NCBI RefSeq assembly: GCF_036321535.1
Contig: NC_087437.1
Coordinates: 11,782,001 to 11,846,000, forward strand
Length of the DNA stretch: 64,000 bases
Source of the DNA: Camelus dromedarius
Taxonomy: Eukaryota
Direction of reading: 5' to 3'
The notes beneath the pieces are model-generated. The model saw only the letters and a list, made by a program, of their open reading frames with translations. It was not told the DNA's origin and did not search any database. Both the position numbers and the translations under genes were made by a program. Each line of letters starts with the position of its first letter. Position 1 is the first letter of the stretch. Shown piece by piece: positions 1-11,790 of the stretch.

Positions 1-108
1 AAAGAATATGAAGAAAAAATATTATATATAACTGAATCACTATGCTGTACACCAGAAACTAACACAACTTTGTAAATCTAATAAACTTCAATAAAATTTT
101 TAAAAAAT
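1..108 (+). mobile_element. L1 3' end (artiodactyl-type 3' UTR), cut by the window edge
   Basis: ACTGAATCACTATGCTGTACACCAGAAACTAACACAAC...ACTTCAATAAA followed by an A-rich tail; it is the reverse complement of the minus-strand L1 tails elsewhere in the window. Confidence 0.85.
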
Positions 109-210
109 CATTTTTAAATTTCATGTTGGAAAATTGGTATCATTTTCATATGTAGGGAACTTTGCTGCTTTTTAATTTTGTTTTCTAACAGTATGGGTGG
201 TGTGTTTATC

Positions 211-3200
211 TTTATCTTTTTCTTTACTCTTCTGATCCTTCCCCTTTCAAAAAACAAACTTTAACTTTAAGAACAGTTTTAGATCTGCAGAAAAATTGTG
301 AAGATACTAGAGAAAGTTCCTCTATATCCACACACAGTTTCCCTATTATTAACATATTACAGTAATACAGTACAGTTGTCACAGTTAATGAATCAATATT
401 GATCCACTATTATTAACTAAAGTCCATGCATTCTTCAGGTTTCTTTATTTTTTTCTCTAAAGTCTTTTTACTGTTCCAGGACCCCATCCCGGATTGCATA
501 TTACATATAGTTGTCATTCTCTTGAAAGTCAGTTTCTCAGATTTTTCTTGTTGTTCATTGACTTTGATGGTTTTGAGGAGTACTGGTCAAATATTTTGTG
601 GACAAATTGGAATTTGTCTGATAATATTCTTATGAGTAGACTGGGGTTATAGGTTTTGGGGAGGAAGACCAAGGAGGTCAAGTTTCATTTCCTTTACATA
701 AGAACAATGGTCGTTACTGTCAACATGACTTATCATTGTTGGCCTTGGCCTCAGTCTCCTGGCTAAGGCAATGTTTTCAGCTTTCTCCACTGTCATCTTA
801 CTCTTTTTCTCCCCATTTCCATACTGTACTCTTTGGAAGGAAGTCTCTCTGTGCAGTCTACCTTAAGGAGTGGGGACTTGTGCAGCAGAGTAGCTACATA
901 AATTATTTGCAATTTTTCTGCACAGGAGATTTGTCTCCTCGCCCCCATTTATTTATTTATTCAACCATCTACTTAGGTCAGTATTCACTCACGGTTATTT
1001 ATTTTATACTTTAAGTTTTAATTCAATACTGCTTTATTTGGATGCTCAAATTGTTCTACTTTTGGCCACAGAGAGCTCTTTCTGTTGACTCCTGTGCCCC
1101 TTTGGCATATTCCTGTCATTGTGGGTTATTTATTTATTTGCACATTCTTACTTTCTGGCATCATAAGATAATCTAGGCTCATCTTGTGTGTTTTCTGCCC
1201 CACCTCTGAGAATCTACCATTTCTCCAAGAAGCTGTGGGTCCTTGTGTTGGAGAACGCTATTAGAAATCAAGATCTTGGCACTAAGGATGCTCGTTACTG
1301 CTGGAGCATTTATGCTTCCAGTCCCTCTCAAATGACAGAACAAGGAAATATATGTGTGTGTATGCTAACCTGGATACCCACACATCTATAACTCTTTCTA
1401 TATATAGCCATTGTATCTATATGGAATTCAACATGACTTTATACTGTTGTCTCTCCAACTCCCACCCGTTACCTCATGGTTCATTCTAGCCTCTTCCTCT
1501 TGCTGATCTGTAGTCCCCAACTCCAGCAGTGACAAACCTGGCTCCCACAACCTGCCGTCCACTTGCCCAATCGTTCGATTCCAGCATGCACGTGTAGCAC
1601 CACCAGAATTGTTCATCTGCATCCCCATTGTTGAAAAATAACTTTATCAATGAGAGTACAGTGATTAGATATAGTTTTTCTTTTTTTGCCCTTAATTTTA
1701 CAGACTCCCTTCATTTCCAAAGTTACTCAGGTCAATAACTTTCCCCCCAGTCCCCTCCTTAAATAAGATTCTTTCATACCTTTTAAATACAATTAGATTA
1801 TTGTCACATTCTGCATTCCACCTTAAATGAGTCTTTTAAAATTCTGCACACATTAAAGTTCCCTCTTAGTAATGTAAAAGTTCTATAGATTTTGACAAAT
1901 GCACAGTGTCATTTATCTACCATTACATATAGTTTTGCTGCCCTAAAAATTCCCTATGCTTTACTTATTTAATCCTCTCCCTTCTTAAACTGCTGGCAAC
2001 CACTGATATTTTTACTATTACTATGGTTTAGCCTTTTGCAACATGTCATGTAATTGGAAGTATAGAGTATGTAACCTTGTCAGACTGACTTCTTTTACTT
2101 AGCAGTATGTTTTTAAGATTCATCCATGTCTTTTTTTTTTTTTAGCTTGATTGCACAGTTCTTTTTTATTTCATTGTGTGAATGAGCCATGATTTTTTTA
2201 TCCATCATAGTTATGATTGTTTGCATGTTTTGGTAATTATGAATAAAGCTGATAACGTTCATGTGCAGGTTTTGAGTGGACCTATGTTTTCACGTCAACA
2301 TAATTGCTAGATCACATGGTGAAATTACCGTGAGCTGGTAAGAAACTGCCAAACTGTTTTCCAAAGCAGACATACACTTCTCATTTTCCAATAGCAACAA
2401 ATTAGATTTCCTGTTACTCCATGTCCTCAACAGCCATTGGTGTTGTCAGGTTTTTGTTTTTTTTTTTAGCATTTTAATAATTTTGTAGCAGTATCTTCTT
2501 GTTTAAATTTGCAATTCCCTGATGATAAAGGCTTTGAACATCTTTTAGTTCGACATATTTGCCATCTGTATATCTTCTTTGATGAAGTGTCTGTTCAAAT
2601 CTTTTGCCCTTTTAAAAAGTCTCTTATTTGTTTTCTTATTATTGAGTTTTTAGAATTCATAGGTATTTTGGGTACAAGTCCTTTATCAGGTACATATTTT
2701 GCAAATTTTTTTTTCCAAATTTGTGGCAGTGTCTTTCACAGAACAGAATAAAATCCAATTTATCCATTTCCCCCCTGGATTATGCTTTTGGTATTTTGTC
2801 TTAAAAATCATTAGGAAACGCAAGATAATCTGAATTTTCTCCTATGTTTTCTTCTAAGTGTTTTATAGTTTTGCATTTTACATTTAGATTTATAATTCAT
2901 TTTGAATTACCTTTTGTGAAAGATGTAAGATGTGTTTAAGTTCTTTATAGACATTACTATTTATTGAAAAGCCTATCCTTTCTCTGTTTAATTGCCTTAG
3001 CTCCTTGATCAAATGTCAATTGACTGTATTTGTGAGCCTATTTCTGGGCTCTCAATTCTTTTGATGCGCAGTGTCTACCCTTTCACTCACATATCTCTGT
3101 AATAAGTCTTGAAATCAGGTAGTGAGAATCTTCAAATTTTGTGTTTCTTCTTCAGTATTATCTTGGCTTCTCTAGAAAGCATTTCCACTTTCTATTCGGT

Positions 3201-6200
3201 TTGTCAATATGTACAAAATATCTTGCTAGGATTTTGATTGAGATTGCATTAAATCTATAGATCAGTTTAGGAATAATTGATATCATAGCAATATTGAGCC
3301 TTCTGTCCACGATCAGGGTCAATCTATCCATTTATTTAGATCTTCTTTTACTTCTTTCATCAGTTTGATAGTTTTTAGCATATAGATCTTGAACATATTT
3401 TATTGGATTTATGCCTAATTATTTCACATTTCAGTACTATTTGAGTGGTATTTTCTTAATATCAAATGCCAATTGTTCATTGCCCGCATATGGGAAGGCA
3501 ATTGATTTCTGTATATTAGTCTCGTATCCTGTGACCTTGTTACTCACCCACTAGTTGCTTGAGTTTTTGTTGCTGCTTTCTGGAGGAATTTTGTACATAC
3601 ACAATCATGTCATCTGCAAACAAGGACAGATTTATTTCTTCCTTCCCAATCTGTGTATCTTTATTTCCTTTTATTGTCTTACTGTGCTAGCGAGGACTTT
3701 CAGATGATGCTGAATAGAAGTTGTGTGAGACAGGACGTCCTTTCCTTTCAGTTTCTCACCATTGAGTGTGATGTTAGCTGTAGGTTTTTTAATAGATATT
3801 GTTAATCAAGTTGAGGAAGTTTCCCTCTTCCCAATTTGATGAGAATTTTTGCCATGAATGAGTACTGAATTTTGTCAAATGCATTTCAACATCAGTTGAT
3901 ATAATCATATTATTTTTCTTCTTTAAACTGATTGATTATTATGTCTTCTTGGGGAATTGACACTTTGACATGTAATGCCCCTTTTTGTTGGTGATAATTT
4001 TTCTTGTTCTGAAGTCTGCTTTGTCTGAAATTAATATAGCTACTCTAACTTTCTTTAGATGAGTGTTAGGATAGTATATCTTCCTCGATTCTACATCTAT
4101 CTATACCCATCTCTCCATATCTATATTATCTAGAAGTAAAACTTTTCATCCAGATGAGTCTTTATATTTAAAATGAGTTTCTTGCAGACAATATAAAGTT
4201 GGGTCTTATTTTTTTATCCCCACTCACAGCCTCTGTCTTCTATTTGATGTATTTAGACCATTCACATTTAATGTGGTTATTGATATCGTTGGATTAATAT
4301 CTACTATATTTGTAACTAATTTCTATTTGTTGCACTTGTTCTTTATTTTCCACACCCCCTACTAGTTTTCTGCCTTTTCTGGTTTGAATTGAGTATGTTA
4401 TATGATTTAATGTTATATTTCCTCTTAGCATGTCAGTTATACTTAATTTTTTAAAGTAATTGCCCTAGATATTACAATATGTTTTTACAACTTGTCTAAA
4501 TCTAGTTTCAAGTAAAACACTACCACTTCTCAGTAGGAGAGTTACCTTATAACAGAGTATTCCCAATTCATCCTTGCATTCCTTATAAAATTGTTATTTA
4601 ACTTACTCATATGCTATGTCACTCAATGTTGTTAATATTTTTACTTTGAACAAACATTTATTTATTATATCAATTAAGAATGAAAAAACCAAAAGATTAT
4701 ATTTACCTTTATCTATTCCTTCTCTGATGATTTTTCCTCTTATATGGAGATCTGAGTGTCCCACCAATATCATTTTCCTTTTCTCTGAGAAACTTAACAT
4801 ACGTTTTAACAGCAGGTCTGCTGGCAATGAATTCCCTCAGTTTTTTGTTTGTCTGAGAAAGCCTTTATTTCTCCTCTATTTTAAAAGATAACTTTGCTGG
4901 TTATAGAATTCTAGGTTGGTGGGTTTTTTTCCTTCATCACTAAATATTTCATTCGACTCTCTTGCATGGTTTCTGATGAGCATTCTGCTGTGCTCTCCTT
5001 TTCTTCTATAGCTAAAGCGTTTTATTTACTTGACTTCTTTCAATGTTTTCTCTCTCTATCTCTTGTTTTGTTTTGTTTGAATATGATAGATGTATGTGTA
5101 GGCATTTTTGTATTTATCTTGCTTTATATTCTGTGAGTTTCTTGGATCTGTGGTTTGCTGTCTGTCAGTAATTTTGGTGATTTTTCACCCATTACTCTTT
5201 CAAACATCTTTTCTGGTCACTTCCCTCGTTTTCTTCTGGTAGCCCAAGTACACTCATGTTATAACTGCAAATTGTCCCACAGTTCTTGGATATTCTGGGC
5301 TTTTTTTTTTTTTTTTCTTCATTTTTTTTCTCTTTGCATTTCAGTTTGAGAACTTTCTATTAACCTATATTCAAACTCACTAATTGTTTTCATTGCCATG
5401 TTCGATCTACTGATCGAAACATCAAAGACAATCTGCATTCTTTATTTTTGTTACAGAACTTCTGATTTCTAGCATTTCCTTTGGATTCCTTCTCAGCTTT
5501 TTTATTCTTTTTTGCTTACACTGTCCATTTAGTCTTGCATGTTGTCTACTTTTTTCATTAAAGTCCTTAACATAGTAATCATATTTAAATTTTTTGTCTG
5601 ATGATTCTAAAACCTGTGTCATATCTGAGTCTGGTTCTGAGGCTTGCTTTGTCTCTTCAGACTGTTTTTTCTTGCCTGTCAATATGCCATGCAGTCTTTT
5701 GTCGAGAGTCCGAGATGATGTGTCAGTTAATAGAAACTGCGGTAAGTTGACTTTGAGTGTGAGGTGTTATGTTAACCTGGCTAGGAGCTGCATGTTTCAC
5801 GTTTGCTATAGCTGTACCAGCCAAAGGCTTCAAATCCGTCTAGCATCCTGGTTTTTGTCTCCCTGTTGTCTTTAGGTTTCCCTAAGAACTCCTCTTCAGA
5901 GTGCACCTGGTAGCTCTTTGAGTTGATATCCGTGATTATACTGGTGTCCTGTTGGTGTGGCAGCAAGGCGAGAGTGAGGGGAAGCATGCTATGTTCTGTG
6001 GTTAAATCTCATTCTTTTAGTGAGCCTGTGTCCATTAACCTTGACCTTCTCAGCTGTTTCTTAGCCACCCATCCTTCTACCCTTGGCTTAATTGAGATAG
6101 CCTAGAGGAGAATTAAGTCAGAGAATGCTCTTTCCCTGGGTGAAATAAAGCTCTGCTAGTATATTCTCCCCTGGAGAAGTCTTTGTTATGGAGAAACCTT

Positions 6201-6650
6201 TGGGTATACTTTGCAATGGTTCCTCTTCCTCCTTCCTCCTCCCAGAGTCATGAAGAGCTGGCTGCTTCTTCAATCTTCACTATGAGAACCTGCTAGAATT
6301 ATTGGAGGTAAAACCTACAAAAGGATAGGGACCCCCTAAGACCAAGGTCCCCAAGACCTTCTCATTCTCGAGCTAGACCACATTCAGCCTCCAGCAATTC
6401 ACCGAAATGACTATTTATGTGTTTCTATCAGTTTCCGGCTCTAGCAGCTTCTGCTCCAGGAAAGACAGTCTCAGCTCTGAGTCTCTGGGTGCACCTGTCT
6501 CTCTGGATTTCAGGATGGTGGCCTGCCCTGCAACCACAGTTCTCTAACAGTTCCAAGACAGGTCATTGAATTGTAGTTTGTCTGGATTTTTCTGGTTGTA
6601 AAGAGAGTGATGATTTCTGAGCTCTTCATATGTAATAGCTGAAACTGGAT
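211..6650 (-). mobile_element. Ancient L1 (L1MD/L1MC-like) with both ends present and an internal ORF2 deletion
   Basis: 3' UTR starts near 255. Decayed RT (LKKKNNMIISTD, KPTANI) at ~3.76-3.93 kb, EN N-terminus (TTLNVNGLN, LYCLQETHF, VAILISDK) at ~3.94-4.3 kb, ORF1 N-terminus in ORF 5422-5682(-), and an L1M-type 5' end near 6650. GTGTGTTTATC flanks both ends (200-210 and 6651-6661). Confidence 0.88.
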
Positions 6651-7499
6651 GTGTGTTTATCCTTTTGTTGTTAGCAAATTTGAGGCACTTGCATTGTCTT
6701 GGACTAGCTATTTTGCAGGAGGTTCCCGTACATGCAAAATGTGTGTGTGTGGGGGGGGGGTCAGTAGGGACAGGTGAGTTCCCAGGGTTTTTCTTCTTAT
6801 GTTGTCACTACCATGATGGACTATTTCTTGACAGTAGGACTCTCTGTGAAGCCTAGCTTGCTCTGGCTCTCAGAACCTAACTGGATCCCAGAGTCCTTCC
6901 ATCACCAGCCCTGAACACCACCCTCTGGTCCTCCATTGACTGCTGCTCCCAGGAGACATAGCCCTTTTCTTCCAAGATACCCCTCTTATTTTTCAAAGAA
7001 GGGCACTTTTTGAGGCTTACCCTTTCTGGGTTTCACTCATTAATTTTCATGCATTTCTGCACCTTCTCCAGCAATTATGGCCTGGCATATTTAATTTCTG
7101 TACAAACAGGTTTTACTCAGAATGGGATATTTGTTGATTTCTGACATTTGATACCAAAAGGCCTCCTCTCTCCTCTCTGTTCTTCCCCACTACATTCTGG
7201 CAGCTTCCGGCATAGGAAGGCTTGCTAGCCTTAGTTTCTCTTGGCCACACTTACACATAATTTGGAGTTTGTGGATTTTTCTCTGTCTCCTACTTTCACC
7301 AAAAATGTATTTCATGGCTTTATTTTTGTTCTCCTTGTTGCTCTATTTGGTTTCCAGGAGAAGTGGGAAGATTAAAAACTAAGCCGTGGCCATGTTCCTA
7401 ACCTCTGTTCCAAATTTAGAAATAATAAGAAACATTAAGAAACAACAGGAAAGTAAATGCTGGGGTCACCATATTGCCTGGTGCAACATGCAATGTCAA

Positions 7500-7518
7500 T
7501 GGCGCCCTCTGGAGGGCA
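7500..7518 (-). promoter_or_regulatory. Candidate CTCF site
   Basis: Minus strand TGCCCTCCAGAGGGCGCCA closely matches the CTCF core CCASYAGRKGGCRS and lies in non-repeat sequence. Confidence 0.55.
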
Positions 7519-8002
7519 GTGTAAATAACACAACTGTCAGCCCTTAGTCCTGTAGTCTGGAAACTGTGTTCTTTTTCTCCCAATTGGAATTTTAACAAAT
7601 AACAGGTAGTGATGTAAATGCAAAGTAATCTGCTCTTGTTTGGAAGAACAAGGCTTTGAGAATCTTACTTTGATGAGATCATACAGGGGAAAAAATGGCA
7701 ATGAAGCTAGTTTTTACTTTACCAGAGTTTTTTTCCTTTCATCTCTGAATTGTGACTATATAAACAAATGATTGTAAATGATTCTGAAGGTCCCTCCATC
7801 CACCTAAACACACATACGTTCACACAGCGGTATTTTTCCCTTTAATCTACACAGGCACTCTAAGTTTTTAGGAGAGAAGTATTTCTACAGTAGTTTGTGT
7901 CAGTTTCTCTCCTCAAGGCAGAAAACCTTCAAGCAAAAATAACTCAGTCTTCAGAGTTGCATGTGGATTTCACATTGCCTCCCAGTAATTATTTAGTGCT
8001 GA

Positions 8003-8440
8003 GAATCCAAATGCCTGTCCGTTGACAAATGGATAAACAAGATGTGATCTATCCATGTGAGGGGATATTATTCAACCTGAAAAAATGATGAAGTTTTGAC
8101 ATGTGCTGCAATGTGGATGATCCCTGAAGACATTATGCTAAGTGAAGAGCAGACACTAAAGGCCATATTCCATTTCATTCATGTGAAGTACCCAGAATGG
8201 CCAAATTTATAGAAACAGGAAATAGATCAGTGATTTCTAGAGGCTGGCAGCAGGGGAGGATGGGAAGTGACTGCTAACGGGTACAGAGTTTCTTCAGGTG
8301 GTGATGTTCTGGAATTAGATGGTGGTGGTAGCTGATATACAACTTTATGAATACACTAAACATTACCGAACTGGACACTTTAAAAGGGTGAACTTTATGG
8401 TATGTGAAATATATATCAATAAAGCTGCTAATAAAAAAAT
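8003..8440 (+). mobile_element. L1MB-type 3' fragment
   Basis: AATCCAAATG...GAAGACATTATGCTAAGTGAA...AAAGGGTGAACTTTATGGTATGTGAA...CAATAAAGCTG followed by an A tail. Confidence 0.85.
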
Positions 8441-8921
8441 ACTCCATATGTAATATATAGTTTGAAAATGCCAAGACTAGAGAAAAAAATTTGTAAAAGT
8501 GACCCATACTATCAAAGTTTTAAAATTCAATTGCTGAGAGATATGGTGAGAAAAGTGTGGTTGATTCTCGCTGAAGGGAATGAAATCCCTATGAGTGAAG
8601 GTTGAATGGAGCTGGTAACTTCAGGAGTGTGCCTGGCGGGGTGGGAATGAGGTTAATAGATTTCCTTGCTCACCACCATGACAAAGTATCATTTCATTCT
8701 ACCAACATTAGTGCTTGTGGTTGTTTTAAAATAATGTTGTTTGTCAAGTTAATGTCATTTTTTTATCATTTCCAGGAGCAAATCCAGGAGATGTTGGTAG
8801 AAAATCAGCTTTGAAAAGAAAATATCTGGCCACCTCTATCTGACCTTGAACTTGCCCTATCTCCTGGCCTTTCTATTGTCCACTCTTGCCCCCGGGGGTT
8901 CTTCCGTTGGCAGATTTGGAA

Positions 8922-9410
8922 CAGTGTTTCTCAAATCCATGTGCATCTGGAATTGCCTGAAAGATATAAAATTACTGATGTATGGACACTACCACACATC
9001 ACATTCTGGTTAAATAGTTTTATTTTTTATTTGCTTTTCATAATTTTAATTTTGATATAATTTCAACTTTACAGAAAAGTTGCAATAGTATAAAGAATTC
9101 CAGGTACACTTCACCCAGATCTCTCTCTCTAATTATTCTGAACCCTCTGAGTAAGTTGCAGACACGATGCCCTTTTACTTCAAAATACTCCTGTTTGTAA
9201 TTCCTGTGCAAGGAACTCCCGTGCACAACCACGGCACAACAAATAGCAATCATTAGGAGTTAACCACACTGCTGTTAGATCTATTGACCTTGCAGGGATT
9301 TTGCCAAGTGATCCAATAATATCCTACATAGCAAAGGAAAAGGCAGGATCAGGAGTGGTTATTTTTCAACAGCCCCAGGCGATGCCAGTGTGCTGCTGAG
9401 AGCTGGAAAC
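8922..9410. mobile_element. MER5-type hAT MITE interrupted by an L1MC fragment
   Basis: Starts CAGTGTTTCTCAAA; the second half (TTTTTCAACAGCCCCAGGCGATGCCAGTGTG) resumes after 9345. Confidence 0.5.
9035..9345 (-). mobile_element. L1MC4/5-like 3' fragment
   Basis: TTTTGATATAATTTCAACTTTACAGAAAAGTTGCAATAGTATAAAGAATTCC...CTTCACCCAGAT. Confidence 0.7.
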
Positions 9411-10104
9411 AGGTAAGAGCTCAGCGGCCCCTGGGAAGGTGACACCGGAGCTGCAGGTCACAGGCTCCCCGGGAGGAGGCAGCGCTTGAAGGGGGCAGCT
9501 GGAGAGACTCCCAGGGGTGGGTGCTGCATGGGGAGCCGAGCCACCACCAGCCCCAGGATTTGGGGGCTGGGGAGAGGCAGGGACGGATCCTGAATTTCAC
9601 CTTCCACACCGTGGGAGAGGGATCCTGAGAGTACTGAAATCCTGGGGTTCTCTGCAGGTGTCCCCTACAGCCCTCAACCGGACGCAGGTCGGTTCATACA
9701 ACTGAAGCCGCTTTTCTCAACGTTGTGCGGAACAAAGGTGGCCCAGAGGGGCGCCAGGTGACCGGGGGGTCACAGCCCAGGTCCCTCCAGGTGCTGGGAG
9801 GCACCAGGAGCCTGGAGCTGCAGCCCCGAAGGAGTTGGGGAGGGGGCAGCCGAAAACCCAGGTGGTGCTGGGGAGAGCCTGTTCTCTGCTCCAACCTGTT
9901 GCAGGTAGAGTCCCGGGGGGGAGTAAGCAGGGGGTGCTCAGCTCCGTGGAATACTCCAGCAGTGTTTGGTAAGCGATAGAATAACAGAGAAACTTGAAGT
10001 GGGTGAGGAACGCGCAAAAGCAGGAGCTGCTAACCAATTAATATTTAGTAGAAGATGGCAGGTGTCTTTTCTCTGTTTGTTTTAGTTATTTATTACTACA
10101 TTAT

Positions 10105-10492
10105 TTTACTGGAGAATAGGCTCTTGTCTTTGGGAGGAAAGAATTTAAGAGCGAAGTTTACTCAGGGAGATACACACACAGAGTGGAAAGCGACCACGAG
10201 GTGCGGGGTTGTTAGTTTTTGCGGGCTTGGTGATTTCCTATGCTAATGAGCAGGAGGATTCTTCCAACCATTTGGGGAAGGGGCGGGGATTTCCAGGAAT
10301 TGGGCCCCCACCCACTTTTGGACCTTTTATGGTCAGCCTGGGAACTGTCATGGCCCTGTGGCTGTGCCATGAGGCTCAAGGTCAACTGGAAGTCAAATCT
10401 TTCACCATCTTGGTTCTCCCCAGTCCGTCCTGTCCTCAGTTGCTGTGTCATTCCTTCAGTGGTTGTGCCCTGCCCCCTTCCCTCCTGTCTCA
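10105..10492 (-). mobile_element. MER41-like ERV1 solo LTR
   Basis: Minus strand begins TGAGACAGG. The internal TTCCTGGAAATCCCCGCCCCTTCCCCAAA...AATCCTCCTGCTCATTAGCATA mirrors the recalled MER41 tandem-GAS/GC-box segment, and a degenerate poly(A) signal (AGTAAA) is present. Confidence 0.7.
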
Positions 10493-10699
10493 AAAACAAA
10501 CCAGTCCAAAATTTGGTCTTGAAAGGACCATTTTGTTATTATTTCTCTTTTATTTCTTACTTACTGTCATTTGTTGTCATCTCTGGGGCAAATCCAGGAG
10601 ATGTGGGTAGAACATGGGGATTACTGGCCGCCTCTGTCTGAACCTGACCTGCCCGCTGGGCTCACTGCTGCCTTCTGACCTCCGTGTTGTCTCCTCTGT

Positions 10700-11216
10700 G
10701 CTGACTGGGGCTTAGAGAAATTGATTTTTATTTTGTTTTGGTTTGTTATTTTCTATTTATTTATTTATTTGTTTGTTTGTTTGTTTGTTTTGATTTTGCT
10801 GTTCTCGGTTGGCGTCTCCCGGGCAACTGCAGTCAGATCATGGCCGGGACTGGAACATCTAAGACAGCTTTCTACTCTGGTTCTGATGGGGTGGCAGGAA
10901 GGTCAGGGAGCAGGACAACCTCACAGCCTCACTACATGTGGTCTCAGGCCTCTCTCTCTATGTGTCCCCTCCCAGTGATCCATCCCTATGGTGCCTGGAC
11001 TTTCTGCGTGGTGGCTCGGGGCTTCCAAAACAGCAATATTAAGCCACTAACTCTTTGAGCTTAAGCCAGGTCTGGCATTGCATCACTTCTGCTGCATCTC
11101 GTTGACTAAAATGAGTCGCAGGGTCAGCCCCATTCACTGTAGAAGGGATTACACAAGGGTCTGAGTACCAGGAGGCATGGTTCCTGTGGGGACCAATTTT
11201 GGAAACTGGTTACCAC
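10700..11216 (-). mobile_element. MLT1H/I-like MaLR LTR containing a T-rich microsatellite (~10721-10800)
   Basis: GGATTACACAAGGGTCTGAGTACCAGGAGGCATGGTTC...GGAAACTGGTTACCAC terminus typical of MLT1H/I. Confidence 0.65.
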
Positions 11217-11737
11217 TTTATTCAGGGGCCGCAGATGACATCCCAGCCACACACCATGAAAATGAGTGTTACTGGCAATAAGAGCGAACGCTCTCAATCA
11301 TCACCATGGTTTGTAGCCAGACCTCAGCAAGGCGTGGTCCATCGAGGGCTTCTACAACCTAACTCCGGGTTCTCAGCTCTACAAATATTTCTATATTCCA
11401 AAGGCATTGCAAAGTGGGAAGTATTGTGTGAACCGGGACAGTTTATATCTAGAAGTAGACCTGTGCAAACTCGTTTGATGATGGCGTGGAAACTTTTCCA
11501 AAGCCAAAGTGCCCTCCAACACACCTCCAAATGCTGGACCAGCCTCTGGAGTTGGGCAGGGGAGCTGGCGAGAACCTTAGACTGGCTGTGGTCGTATGTC
11601 TTTACCAGAAAGGTACAGTGACTTAAAGAACATAAGATTAAAATATTTTTTGCATACTTCATTTTGTGGCTTGAGACTGGCTACATTTCTTCTTTTCATA
11701 AAAGAGAAAGAAATACCTTAGATCCCTTGAAGCCGTT

Positions 11738-11790
11738 GCGGATGCACTGCCACCGTTGCACTGCCACCTTGCCGCGGATGCACTGCCACC
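11738..11790. repeat. Local tandem repeat of TGCACTGCCACC (three copies)
   Basis: GCGGATGCACTGCCACC at 11738-11754 and 11774-11790, with TGCACTGCCACC at 11757-11768 between them. Confidence 0.9.

Noticed and set aside
11199..11662. Overlapping 140-aa (+) and 112-aa (-) ORFs; the minus ORF has a faintly kringle-like YRNICR...P.W pattern
   Set aside because: Cysteine spacing does not fit a kringle and there is no recognisable family. The plus ORF starts inside an MLT1 at a non-ATG codon. ORFs of this length occur by chance.
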